A program made the translations under genes and the position numbers. A DNA stretch of 64,000 nt, taken from NCBI GenBank assembly GCA_900546745.1, contig URDT01000003.1, positions 125 to 64,124 on the forward strand. Reading direction: 5' to 3'. Within the stretch, counting starts at the first letter, position 1. Every line of letters begins with the position of its first letter. The notes under the pieces are model-generated. The model did not search any database, was not told the DNA's origin, and saw only the letters and a program-made list of their open reading frames with translations. Shown here one piece after another: positions 10,190-19,625 of this stretch. This DNA comes from an uncultured Mycoplasmatota bacterium (GTDB taxonomy: Bacteria; Bacillota_I; Bacilli_A; RF39; UBA660).

Positions 10190-10894
10190 ATGAATTATAT
10201 GACGTTAGGAATGGAAAATATGCTTACGATTTCTCTTGCTATAATAGGTACTGTAATTGTACTTTATGCACAACTTAAAATTCAAAGTAATTATCGCAAA
10301 TATAAAATGATTTCTTGTACAAAAAATCTGACTGGTTTTGATGTTGCTAGAATGATATTAGATCAAAATGGTTTAAATCATGTTCATATTGTAGAAATAT
10401 CTGGAGAATTAACAGATCATTATGATCCTACTAGAAAAGTAGTTAGATTATCAAAAGATATTTTTCATAATACTAGTATTGCCTCTATTAGTGTTGCGGC
10501 TCATGAATGTGGGCATGCTATTCAAGACAAAGAAAACTATTCCTTCATGAGAATTCGAGCTAGTTTAGTACCTTTTGTAAACTTTATTAGCGGTGCTGGA
10601 TTCTTAGTTATTTTGATTTCCTTAGTGGCAGGTATTACAGGATATTTAATCTATGGAATTTTAATGATTTTAGTAACATTATTATTTCAATTAGTAACTC
10701 TTCCAGTAGAGTTTGATGCTTCTAAAAGAGCTTTAGACCAATTAAAAAAACTTGATATAGTTGACCAAGGAGAAATAGAAGGGGCGACTAATGTTTTAAA
10801 AGCAGCAGCACTTACTTATGTTGCTAGTGTTATTTCTTCTATTTTAAGCTTACTTCGTTTAATTATTATGTACCGTGATGAAAAAGACCGATAA
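10190..10894 (+). CDS. membrane zinc metallopeptidase (Zn_peptidase_2-like)
   Basis: HECGH (HExxH) motif and TM segments at both ends. Confidence 0.8.
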   Translation: MNYMTLGMENMLTISLAIIGTVIVLYAQLKIQSNYRKYKMISCTKNLTGFDVARMILDQNGLNHVHIVEISGELTDHYDPTRKVVRLSKDIFHNTSIASISVAAHECGHAIQDKENYSFMRIRASLVPFVNFISGAGFLVILISLVAGITGYLIYGILMILVTLLFQLVTLPVEFDASKRALDQLKKLDIVDQGEIEGATNVLKAAALTYVASVISSILSLLRLIIMYRDEKDR

Positions 10895-10901
10895 GTCTTT
10901 T

Positions 10902-11375
10902 TTATTTTGCATATAGAATATTGGTATGTTCACTTACAATAATGGCTTCTTGATCCAAGGAACGAATCAAAGAAATCAAATCTTTATTTTGATTTCTTTT
11001 TAAAATAACAAATAAGACTTCTTTCTTAGAATCTTTTCCATAACCTTCAATTTTTGTAATAATGTAGCCATTTTGTCTTAAAATTTCGCTCATTTGTTTT
11101 TGTGTAATACAGATTAACATATTGTTACCAATTGCCATTTTTTCTTCCAGAATACTTCCTATGTAAGAACCCAATAGTGATCCTACCGAGAAAATAAGAA
11201 CCATACTAATGTTAATATCAATAATTGCGATGTGACTAGAGACAATCCAAATAATAGAAGTAGTGAATAGAAGAAAAGCTCCAAGCCATTTTTTTCCATT
11301 TGAAACGAGGATAAGACGTAGAGTTGCTAAAGAATTTTCAATGATTTTTAAGATAAAAATAATTAAGTATTTCAA
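10902..11375 (-). CDS. UPF0316 / DUF2179 membrane protein
   Basis: Three N-terminal TM helices plus a C-terminal DUF2179-like domain (GYGKDSKKEVLFVIL). TTG start behind an AGGTGA RBS. Confidence 0.65.
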   Translation of the reverse strand: MKYLIIFILKIIENSLATLRLILVSNGKKWLGAFLLFTTSIIWIVSSHIAIIDINISMVLIFSVGSLLGSYIGSILEEKMAIGNNMLICITQKQMSEILRQNGYIITKIEGYGKDSKKEVLFVILKRNQNKDLISLIRSLDQEAIIVSEHTNILYAK

Positions 11376-11482
11376 GAGAATCACCTATCAATAGTATCGG
11401 TAAAATCAATTTTATTATACAAACTATAGATTTTTTTGACATTATTTGTTAAAATGTACTTAATAAGGTAGGGTGAAGACCT

Positions 11483-13126
11483 TTGGATATAGAAGTAATG
11501 AAAAAATCAATGAATGAATATTTCGAATATATTAAAGTTATTTATTTAAATGAATTTTCTAGTTATATGACACAAAGTACTAGAAATGAAATACAAGCTA
11601 TGAATGATATTTTTGAGTGGAATGAAGAATTAATGTTTCGTGTGATTCAAGATAAAAAAATTATTTTTCACTTGAATTTGCCAAAGTTTATCGAAGAAAA
11701 TGATTTAAAAAATGAAGAAACTTTAGTTGATATCTCTGTTCAAGGAAAAGATTACATTCATTATTTAATAGAAAATGAAAATAATGTTTACGCAATTGTA
11801 AAGAATAAGATTTTAAAAGAAATTATTAAATATTTTTTAAAGTGTGATAAAAGTGTAATCTCTTTAGGTGTGGCTGATATCATTGTAGATTACTTAAAAG
11901 TAAAATACAAATTACCTTGTGAAGATTGGATTCCATCAAAAGAAAAGGAAGTAGCAGTTTATTTAAAAGAAATTGTAGGAGAAAAAGTACTTTTATCTGG
12001 AATGATTAGTAATCAAGAACAAATTGTTCAGGATGCTTATAATGCTTATATTGAAAATAATGAATTAGAAAGCTATGAGGAGTTACAGACTACATTAGAT
12101 AAAGTTTATTTGGATTATTTTAAAAAAATAGGAAAAGTTTATTTTACGGATTCTTTATATGAATATGAAAATCTAAATTATGGAGTTTCTGGATTATCAA
12201 AGCAAGTGAAAGAAGAAAAAACAAAATTAAGTATGGTTCATTTAAAACGTTTAGCTTCTTTAAAAAACAGTTTGATGAATATTCAACAGCATCAATTTTT
12301 ATTTACAGTGAGAGAAAGAATGTTAATTGAAAACAATATCATAGAAACAGATAAAATATTAAATGCTATTATGGTAGATGGAAAAGAAAATGTATTAGAA
12401 CATATTGATAGTCAGTATGATAAAATTTTAAAAATTGAAGAAGAAAGCGTTCCTTTTGTTCAAACTATTTGGAATCATATTTTAACTAATATTTCTGGTT
12501 ACCAAGATGGAAATGAATTTAGTTTTCTTTTAACTAATCAATTAAATTCAAGTATTATCGAAGCAAATTATATATCGAGTGAACACTTAAAAAATATTAG
12601 AACTTCTAGAAATGACTATGGTTTTATCATTGAGCCAAAGAAGAATATTATTTATGCTTCTAGCAAAGATATTTTATATCGTAATTATCAAGATGATACT
12701 AGTTATTCTAGTAATAAAAATACAGTTTATGCTGGTGATATTCCTTTGGAAATTGATAATCAAGAAACTTCTAAGTTAATTACTCCTAGTATGATTTTAA
12801 AAGATAATTTACAAGATCACATGATTCAAAATAAAATTCTTTTAACTTCTAAAGATGTTAGAGTTCTTGGAATTTATGTTTTTGCAGATGAAGAAGATTC
12901 TCCTAGTTATAATAAAGCAGTGTTATTATCAGAAGAATATGAACTTCCTATTGTTAGAATTTCGCCAAGATCTTATTTTAAAGGTAGAGAAGAACATAAG
13001 ACAAAAATGGATATTAAAATTCAACCAATAGAAGTTCCTCAAAAATCATTCTTTGATCGTTTAAAAGAAGCTAGAAATAAACTATTCTATGAAGATTCAG
13101 AAACCAATCAAAAAGTTGCTTCATAA
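11483..13126 (+). CDS. hypothetical protein
   Basis: 547-aa ORF, GGGTGA RBS with a TTG start. No motif recognised. Confidence 0.55.
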   Translation: MDIEVMKKSMNEYFEYIKVIYLNEFSSYMTQSTRNEIQAMNDIFEWNEELMFRVIQDKKIIFHLNLPKFIEENDLKNEETLVDISVQGKDYIHYLIENENNVYAIVKNKILKEIIKYFLKCDKSVISLGVADIIVDYLKVKYKLPCEDWIPSKEKEVAVYLKEIVGEKVLLSGMISNQEQIVQDAYNAYIENNELESYEELQTTLDKVYLDYFKKIGKVYFTDSLYEYENLNYGVSGLSKQVKEEKTKLSMVHLKRLASLKNSLMNIQQHQFLFTVRERMLIENNIIETDKILNAIMVDGKENVLEHIDSQYDKILKIEEESVPFVQTIWNHILTNISGYQDGNEFSFLLTNQLNSSIIEANYISSEHLKNIRTSRNDYGFIIEPKKNIIYASSKDILYRNYQDDTSYSSNKNTVYAGDIPLEIDNQETSKLITPSMILKDNLQDHMIQNKILLTSKDVRVLGIYVFADEEDSPSYNKAVLLSEEYELPIVRISPRSYFKGREEHKTKMDIKIQPIEVPQKSFFDRLKEARNKLFYEDSETNQKVAS

Positions 13127-13181
13127 CAAAATTAACCTTTTTTTGACAAAACTTTATAGTATGATAAATAGGGTGATTTTC

Positions 13182-13622
13182 GTGAGAAAATACTATTTAT
13201 TCATTATAAAAAAGGAATATGGAAATACTTATAAAAATAAATCGTATGTTTTATATAAGATATTAGAAAATTTATCTCATTTAAAAACATGCGATTTTTC
13301 TTATGGAATTCAAATCTTTGAAGAGTTGTGTTTGCCATTTTCTGTTAAATTGCTTTCTAATTATATTGATAACCGTATTTCTTATAAAAGGATTAATTCT
13401 AAAATTATTCAATTAGATGATTATATAGAAAGAACATACCTTCAATTAGGTTATCCTTGTACCATTATAAAAAGCAATATTAATAATCCTAAAATTTTAA
13501 AAGTATTTCATATTTATAGCAAAGAAATATTTGTTTGTGATTTTGAAAATAAGGATTATTTTTGGCTAAGTGAACAGATAAAAAGTGGTAATTTTACTTA
13601 CTCAAAACATATAATAGTATAG
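13182..13622 (+). CDS. SirA-like (sporulation inhibitor of replication) protein, tentative
   Basis: GTG start behind an AGGGTGA RBS. Begins VRKYYLFIIKKEY and ends DFENKDYFWL, recalling SirA/YneE family signatures. Similarity is weak. Confidence 0.4.
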   Translation: MRKYYLFIIKKEYGNTYKNKSYVLYKILENLSHLKTCDFSYGIQIFEELCLPFSVKLLSNYIDNRISYKRINSKIIQLDDYIERTYLQLGYPCTIIKSNINNPKILKVFHIYSKEIFVCDFENKDYFWLSEQIKSGNFTYSKHIIV

Positions 13623-13631
13623 GTGAAGTGT

Positions 13632-14000
13632 ATGAGTAAATTAGATCAATTTAAGGAATTTGTGAAGAAAAATCCTAATTTGGTAAAATATGTGAAGAAT
13701 AATGAGATGACTTGGCAAAAATTTTATGAAATTTATGATATGTATGGAGAAGATACAGAAGTATGGAAGGATTATCAAAAGAAAGAAGAAAGTGCTCAAG
13801 ATGTCTCTAAAACAGCTGCAGTTGGAGGATTTGATCTTATTAATTGGTTAAAAAATATCGATATTGATTCTTTTCAAGAAAATATTAATAGTGTCAAGAG
13901 AGTAGTCAGTGTATTACAAGAATTAGGTACAAAAGATACTCCTAGCTCTACTACTTCTAATTATAAACCAAGACCAATTTATAAACATTTTGAGGATTAA
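13632..14000 (+). CDS. YlbD-like protein
   Basis: LDQFKEFVKKNPNLVKYVKNNEMTWQKFYEIYDMYGED resembles YlbD. Synteny with ylbE and rsmD as in Bacillus. Confidence 0.6.
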   Translation: MSKLDQFKEFVKKNPNLVKYVKNNEMTWQKFYEIYDMYGEDTEVWKDYQKKEESAQDVSKTAAVGGFDLINWLKNIDIDSFQENINSVKRVVSVLQELGTKDTPSSTTSNYKPRPIYKHFED

Positions 14001-14224
14001 TGAGCTTAGAAATTCAATTTAAATTAAAAAATAATCCTCCTTATTTACAATATTTAAGAGATAATTCTTATTGGTATCGTATTTTAAATCGCAATCCTAA
14101 TTTATTTTCAGCTTTTGAAGAAGAAGTAAAAGAAAAATACAAACTTCGTCCTACAGATCGTATTAGTAAAGCATTAGATACGATTGAACTTCTTCAAAAC
14201 GTTATGTCGACTTTAAAACAATAA
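14000..14224 (+). CDS. YlbE-like protein
   Basis: YLRDNSYWYRILNRNPNLFSAFEEEVKEKYKLRPTDR resembles the YlbE family. Synteny supports it. Confidence 0.6.
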   Translation: MSLEIQFKLKNNPPYLQYLRDNSYWYRILNRNPNLFSAFEEEVKEKYKLRPTDRISKALDTIELLQNVMSTLKQ

Positions 14225-14250
14225 TATGATACAATGACAAAGGTGATTGT

Positions 14251-14769
14251 ATGCGTATTATTAGTGGAAAATATAAAGGTAAAATTTTAAAAGGATTTCA
14301 AATTGAAGGTACTAGACCAACTATGGATCGTGTGAAAGAATCTCTGTTTGGCATGATTCAGAATTACATCCCAGGCAGCGTTTGTTTAGATTTATTTGCT
14401 GGTAGTGGGGCTTTAGGAATTGAAGCTTTGAGTAATGGAGCAGAAAAATGTTATTTCATTGACCATAATTCAATTGTGATAAAAACACTACAGCAAAATT
14501 TAAAACAAATAGATGGTGGAATTATTATAAAAGAGGATTATCAGAAATTTTTAAATACTATATCAGACCAATTTGATATTATTTTCTTAGACCCTCCTTA
14601 TCAAGATAATTTAATTTCTATTTGTTTAAAAACAATTGAAGAAAAAAATTTGCTTTCTCCCTCAGGTATTGTTGTTTGTGAATATGAAAGTGAAATCTTT
14701 GAGAGTAATATGACAATCATAAAAGAGAAAAAATATGGTAGTAAATGGATTCGAATTTATAAAAAATAG
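14251..14769 (+). CDS. rsmD: 16S rRNA (guanine966-N2)-methyltransferase
   Basis: DLFAGSGALGIEALSNGA SAM motif and the DPPY catalytic motif. Confidence 0.9.
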   Translation: MRIISGKYKGKILKGFQIEGTRPTMDRVKESLFGMIQNYIPGSVCLDLFAGSGALGIEALSNGAEKCYFIDHNSIVIKTLQQNLKQIDGGIIIKEDYQKFLNTISDQFDIIFLDPPYQDNLISICLKTIEEKNLLSPSGIVVCEYESEIFESNMTIIKEKKYGSKWIRIYKK

Positions 14770-14846
14770 AAAAAATCTATTTTTTTTTGCATTTTTAAAA
14801 GGAAATTGCAAACTTATGTAGAATGATAATATTGAGGAGGTGAGAG

Positions 14847-16892
14847 ATGAAACGATATCCATTTGTGAAACAGATGAGCCATAAAGACTGTGGTGCTGCT
14901 TCCCTAGCGATGATTATTCAATACTATAAAGGATTGATTCCACTTGATAAGCTATATGATATGACCAAAACAACGAAGCAAGGTACGACTGCTTATCATT
15001 TGATTCAGGCAGCAAAAGAAATAGGTTTTGATGCTTTTGGCATTAAGTGTAACATTGAAGAAATTAAAAATAATAAATTACCAGCTATTGCTCATGTACT
15101 GATAGATGGGATTTATCCTCATTTTTTGGTAATTTATAAAATTGATTTCACTAAAAGACAATTATTAATTGCTGATCCAGCTACTAAAATTAAAACAATA
15201 AGTTTCTTTGACTTTTCAAAAATATTTACCCAACATTTGATTATTCTGACTCCCAACCGTAAAATTCCAAAAGAAAAAGTAATAACTAATCAAACATTAA
15301 AAAATATACTTTACTTTGATAAAATAAATTTTATAGAATTATTTATTTTATCGAATGTTGAAACAATTTTAATATTTTTAAATTTATATTTTATAACAAA
15401 GTTAAATTCTAATAATTTAATTTCACTGATCCTTTTCATGATGATTGTTATTACAGTTCAATTTTTTGTAGGAATTTTAAAAGATAAAAAATTAATCAGC
15501 ATGAACCTTCATATTAGTAAAAAATTAATGAGTGAAACTTATCAAAGTATTCTCTTACTTCCTTATCAATATTATCGGAATCATACCACTGGAGATTTGA
15601 TGACACGAATTAATGATTTGGAAGAAATAAAAGATTTTGTTCCCATTTATATAATAAAAATAAATCAATGTATCTTTTTGATAGGAACAACGATTTTTCT
15701 TTTCTTTCTTTGTAAGCAATTATTTATTATAATGGGTATTTTCGCAATTTTATACAGTATAATTGATTTTATTTTCCATAAAAAAGTACTTTATCAATGG
15801 AATTTATTAAAAGAGTACCATGGTAGATTAAATTCTTTTATTACGGAAACTATTTTAGGTATTGAAAGTATTAAAGGAATTAATTTAGAAAAGACATTTT
15901 ATCAAAAGTATCAGGAAAAATTACAATTATACCAAGAAAAAAGTAAGGAATATCAATCGTGGAATTCAAAATTACAAATCATTCGAGATTATTTATCAAA
16001 TTTTAGTCTAGTAATTTTATTTCTCTCCGGTTATCTTTTTATTCAACAAAATTTGTTAAATTTTCAACAATTGATTGCATTTTATTTTATTTATAATTAT
16101 TTTAATCAATCGATGAAAACATTATTAGAATTAAGGGTATTATCTAAAAATATTAAAAATTCTTTATGTAGAGTTTTAAGTATTTTATTGAAAGATAAAC
16201 CAACAGATCACAATGAAATAAGTGGAACGATTTGTTTTCATCAAAGCGATATTGTAAATAACGATGTTACATTATTAAAAAATGTTAGTTTTCAGATTAA
16301 ACAAACTGATAAAATCATGATGATTGGTCCTAGTGGTAGTGGTAAGTCAACTATATTAAAAATGATCAAGCAATTTTATGAAGCTAATAATATCTATATT
16401 CATAAAATGGCTTATCAGCAATTTGATTTTAAAAATAAGGTAGCTTATCTTTCTCAAAATGAGTATTTATTTACAGGAACTTTATATGACAATATTACTA
16501 TGAATCGTCCTATTGATGAACAAATTCTTCAAAAAGTAATTGATACTTGTGAATTAAAGGAAATTATTCAAAAAGATTCCTTAGGAATTTATTCATTGGT
16601 TGAAGAAAATGGCTTTAATTTAAGTGGTGGAGAAAGGCAGAGAATTATTTTGGCGAGAGCATTAATTTCTGATTTTGAATACTTATTAATTGATGAAGGA
16701 CTATCTGAAGTAGATCAGAATGCAGAACGAAGAATTATTAAAAAAATATTTCAATATTATACTGATCGAACGATTATTTTGGTATCTCATCGATTAGATA
16801 ATATAGATTTATTTCCAAAAGTTTTGAAAGTTAATCAAACTGTAGAAGTACTTACAAAAAATATAGGAGGTGTTTTGTGTTACAAAACTTGA
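14847..16892 (+). CDS. bacteriocin ABC exporter with N-terminal C39 double-glycine peptidase domain
   Basis: QMSHKDCGAASLAMIIQYY (C39 Cys), six-TM region, Walker A GPSGSGKST, signature LSGGERQR, Walker B LLIDEG, H-loop SHR. Confidence 0.9.
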   Translation: MKRYPFVKQMSHKDCGAASLAMIIQYYKGLIPLDKLYDMTKTTKQGTTAYHLIQAAKEIGFDAFGIKCNIEEIKNNKLPAIAHVLIDGIYPHFLVIYKIDFTKRQLLIADPATKIKTISFFDFSKIFTQHLIILTPNRKIPKEKVITNQTLKNILYFDKINFIELFILSNVETILIFLNLYFITKLNSNNLISLILFMMIVITVQFFVGILKDKKLISMNLHISKKLMSETYQSILLLPYQYYRNHTTGDLMTRINDLEEIKDFVPIYIIKINQCIFLIGTTIFLFFLCKQLFIIMGIFAILYSIIDFIFHKKVLYQWNLLKEYHGRLNSFITETILGIESIKGINLEKTFYQKYQEKLQLYQEKSKEYQSWNSKLQIIRDYLSNFSLVILFLSGYLFIQQNLLNFQQLIAFYFIYNYFNQSMKTLLELRVLSKNIKNSLCRVLSILLKDKPTDHNEISGTICFHQSDIVNNDVTLLKNVSFQIKQTDKIMMIGPSGSGKSTILKMIKQFYEANNIYIHKMAYQQFDFKNKVAYLSQNEYLFTGTLYDNITMNRPIDEQILQKVIDTCELKEIIQKDSLGIYSLVEENGFNLSGGERQRIILARALISDFEYLLIDEGLSEVDQNAERRIIKKIFQYYTDRTIILVSHRLDNIDLFPKVLKVNQTVEVLTKNIGGVLCYKT

Positions 16893-16893
16893 T

Positions 16894-17073
16894 ATGGGCA
16901 ATGATTTGTTCTACTTTATTAAGGAAGTTTTATTTATAAAAGAGGAAAAGAATGAAGTTACAATTCAACTAGAATTAAAAGAATTGTTAGAAAAAAATAA
17001 GAAAATTACCATTCAAATGAATTGTGAAGGAAAGTTAATTAAGGAAATTATATTGAAAAAGGAGGAAAAATGA
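16894..17073 (+). CDS. small Lys/Glu-rich protein of unknown function in the bacteriocin operon (start uncertain)
   Basis: ORF whose TGA overlaps the ATG of the first bacteriocin gene (ATGA). No clear RBS. The track ORF starts at 16870. Confidence 0.35.
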   Translation: MGNDLFYFIKEVLFIKEEKNEVTIQLELKELLEKNKKITIQMNCEGKLIKEIILKKEEK

Positions 17074-17201
17074 CAGATAAACAATTAAAAGAAATCAAAG
17101 GTGGGGGATTTAATTTTGGTGTTGGATTATTAATTGGAGGTCTTTTTACATTTATGGTTGGTTTAGTAGATGGTTATGTAAGACCACTTGCTTGTCGTTA
17201 G
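17070..17201 (+). CDS. double-glycine-leader bacteriocin precursor 1 (43 aa)
   Basis: AGGAGG RBS. MTDKQLKEIKGG | GFNFGVGLLIGGLFTFMVGLVDGYVRPLACR, with three GxxxG motifs in the mature part. Not in the ORF track (under 60 aa). Confidence 0.8.
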   Translation: MTDKQLKEIKGGGFNFGVGLLIGGLFTFMVGLVDGYVRPLACR

Positions 17202-17211
17202 GAGTGATAGT

Positions 17212-17361
17212 ATGAGAGATGAAGAATTAAAACAAATTAAAGGTGGCGCCATTACAGCTACTTGGATTTCAGCATTTGCTAGAGGAATTAATTCTATTTT
17301 AGAATTAGGACGTTCCTTAGGAAGTTCTATTAGAAGACTTCAAAATGGAAGACTATGTTAG
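17212..17361 (+). CDS. double-glycine-leader bacteriocin precursor 2 (49 aa)
   Basis: GGAG RBS. MRDEELKQIKGG | AITATWISAFARGINSILELGRSLGSSIRRLQNGRLC. Amphipathic, cationic, one GxxxG. Confidence 0.8.
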   Translation: MRDEELKQIKGGAITATWISAFARGINSILELGRSLGSSIRRLQNGRLC

Positions 17362-17504
17362 TTAAACACAAAAAGACAATACTGATTACAACAATTATTT
17401 TATTAATCCCTATTTTGATTCCTTTTTTAACAACTTTGATAGACATTATATTGAATTTAGGAAGATATTTTGGATCTCTTGCTAGAACAATATCATGTAA
17501 ATAA
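17355..17504 (+). CDS. 49-aa hydrophobic peptide (immunity or third component candidate)
   Basis: MLVKHKKTILITTIILLIPILIPFLTTLIDIILNLGRYFGSLARTISCK. Its ATG overlaps the end of precursor 2 by 7 nt. A terminator follows. Confidence 0.55.
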   Translation: MLVKHKKTILITTIILLIPILIPFLTTLIDIILNLGRYFGSLARTISCK

Positions 17505-17526
17505 AAGCCATTATTGGCTTTTTTTC
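17504..17526 (+). terminator. terminator of the bacteriocin operon
   Basis: AAAGCCA-TTAT-TGGCTTT hairpin followed by a T-run. Confidence 0.75.
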
Positions 17527-17547
17527 TTTATAAAAGTAATAAAAATG

Positions 17548-17576
17548 TTGAAAAATGTTGTTTTAAGTGTTATACT
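17548..17576 (+). promoter_or_regulatory. rpsU promoter
   Basis: TTGAAA-17 nt-TATACT with a TGt extended -10. Confidence 0.5.
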
Positions 17577-17604
17577 ATTAACAGTTTCGGAAGGGAGGGA
17601 TATT

Positions 17605-17799
17605 ATGACAAAAGTGGTAGTGAAGAACGGTAATGTCGAGAATGCAATCAGAACGTTTAAACAAAAGAACGCAAAAAGTGGCCTCCTAAAAGAAGTTCGT
17701 GAAAGACAAGAAGGTTATTTAAAACCAGGTGCTAAAAGAAGAAAAGCTAGAAAAGAAGCTATTAGAAATAGCCGTAAAAGAGCAAGAGAAAATTATTAA
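17605..17799 (+). CDS. rpsU: 30S ribosomal protein S21
   Basis: MTKVVVKNGNVENAIRTFKQK...RKRARENY. GGGAGGG RBS. The track ORF is over-extended at the 5' end. Confidence 0.9.
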   Translation: MTKVVVKNGNVENAIRTFKQKNAKSGLLKEVRERQEGYLKPGAKRRKARKEAIRNSRKRARENY

Positions 17800-17841
17800 G
17801 AGCTATTGAAAGCTCTTTTATTGAATAGAAAGGAAATTTCA

Positions 17842-18285
17842 ATGAAAGAAAAAATACTAGAAGACTTAAAAAGTGCTATGAAAAGTCAAGACAAAGAAAA
17901 GCTTTCTGTTATTCGTATGGTAAAAGGAGCTATTTCTTTAGAAGAAATTAATAAAAAAATAGAGCTTAGTGATGATGATATTATTGCAATTATTGCAAAG
18001 CAAATAAAAACAAGAAAAGAATCTATTGTAGATTTTGAAAAAGGAAACCGTCAAGATTTAGTAGAACAAACAAAAAGAGAAATAGAAATTTTAAATCAAT
18101 ATATGCCTCAACAGTTTAGCGAAGAAGAAATCAGCAATATATTGAATGAAATTTTTGATCAAGTTCAACCAAAGGGAATTTCAGATATGGGAAAAGTGAT
18201 GAAGGAAGCTTCTAGTCGCTTTAAAGGAAGAGCAGATATGTCTTCTGTTAGTCAAATGATAAAAGATCGATTAAACAATTGCTAA
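17842..18285 (+). CDS. yqeY: GatB/YqeY domain protein
   Basis: LKSAMKSQDKEKLSVIRMVKGAI and the classical rpsU-yqeY synteny. Confidence 0.85.
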   Translation: MKEKILEDLKSAMKSQDKEKLSVIRMVKGAISLEEINKKIELSDDDIIAIIAKQIKTRKESIVDFEKGNRQDLVEQTKREIEILNQYMPQQFSEEEISNILNEIFDQVQPKGISDMGKVMKEASSRFKGRADMSSVSQMIKDRLNNC

Positions 18286-18367
18286 AAACTTTTAGAAAAA
18301 AGTTTTTTTTCTTTTTTTTTTTACGTTTTTATAGTATAATTGTATTTAGATTATAGGGGATGATGAA

Positions 18368-19612
18368 ATGAAGCATGTCTATACAAGTATTGATATTGGA
18401 TCCGATTCAATAAAAGTAGTAGTTTGCGAATTATTTAATAATAAGTTAAACTTATTAGCAGCATCTTCTGTGAAATCAAGAGGAATAAAAAAAGGGTTAA
18501 TAACAGATGGAAATGAAGCAAGTGTTTCTTTAAAAAAAGCAATAAAAGAAGTAGAGGATATGCTAGGAATTAAAATCAAAAAAGTTTTAGCAACAATTCC
18601 TAACTATTTTTCTGAATTCGTTATTGTAAAAGGCAACAAAGAGTATGAAGAAGAAACATTGATTACTGGAGAAGAAATTGTAAATTTATTTCAAGATGTT
18701 ATTCGTGATACTGATAAAAAAGATAAAGAAATGGTTACATTAATTCCAATTGATTTTATTGTGGATGATCAAACAGGAATTAAAGACCCAAAGGGTTTAA
18801 CAGGTACTCATTTTGCAACTCGCGCAGTTATGGTATTAACACCTAAAAAGAATATTTTATCCGTTGTCACTTTACTTGAAAATGTTGGTTTAGAAGTTGT
18901 AGATGTTAACTTAACAAGTATTGGTGATATGGGCTCTGTAAAAGATAAAGATATTAAAGATGGTGTTGGAGCGATTATTAATATTGGCCATGAAACTACT
19001 TCTATTTCGCTATATAATAAAGGAATTATTGTTAATAATTCTATGATTGGTATTGGTGGAAAAAATATTGAAAATGATATTTCTTATATGTATAAGGTTA
19101 CTCCAAGTGATGCTATTAAGATTAAAGAGAAATTTGCTTTAGCACATAAAAAATATGCTAGTAAAAGCGATTTCTATGAAGTTACTAATAAAATGGGAGA
19201 ATCCATTAAAATTAGTCAATTTGAAGTCTCAGAAGTGGTAATGGCGAGAATTGAAGAAATTCTAGTTTTAGCAAGAAAAGAAATAAATGTTTTGACAAAA
19301 CGCGACATAGATTATATACTAATAACTGGTGGCACTAGTAGTATGACAAATTTTTCACTTATTGCTGAAGAAGTTCTAGGAGATATTGCTAAAGTAGGTA
19401 GTATTCGTTTAGTTGGTCTTAGAAATAATAAATATTCTGCATGTGTTGGAAATATTGCATATTTTATTAGTAAATTAAAGTTAAAAGGAAAACTATATTC
19501 CATGATTAGTAAAAATGACATGGAAGATTTATCTTCTAGTAAAAATGGAGTGTTAAGTGTTTCAGATGAATCAATGCTAGGAAAAGTGTTTGGTTACTTT
19601 TTTAGCGAATAG
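18368..19612 (+). CDS. ftsA: cell division protein FtsA
   Basis: Actin-fold motifs (SIDIGSDSIKVVV, ITGGTS) and position upstream of ftsZ. Confidence 0.9.
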   Translation: MKHVYTSIDIGSDSIKVVVCELFNNKLNLLAASSVKSRGIKKGLITDGNEASVSLKKAIKEVEDMLGIKIKKVLATIPNYFSEFVIVKGNKEYEEETLITGEEIVNLFQDVIRDTDKKDKEMVTLIPIDFIVDDQTGIKDPKGLTGTHFATRAVMVLTPKKNILSVVTLLENVGLEVVDVNLTSIGDMGSVKDKDIKDGVGAIINIGHETTSISLYNKGIIVNNSMIGIGGKNIENDISYMYKVTPSDAIKIKEKFALAHKKYASKSDFYEVTNKMGESIKISQFEVSEVVMARIEEILVLARKEINVLTKRDIDYILITGGTSSMTNFSLIAEEVLGDIAKVGSIRLVGLRNNKYSACVGNIAYFISKLKLKGKLYSMISKNDMEDLSSSKNGVLSVSDESMLGKVFGYFFSE

Positions 19613-19625
19613 GGAGGATTAGAAT

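Noticed and set aside
16870-16893. GTG at 16870 as the start of the small ORF after the ABC exporter
   Set aside because: The GGAGG immediately 5' overlaps the GTG itself, leaving no spacer. The ATG at 16894 is retained, but it also lacks a clear RBS, so the gene call stays low-confidence.
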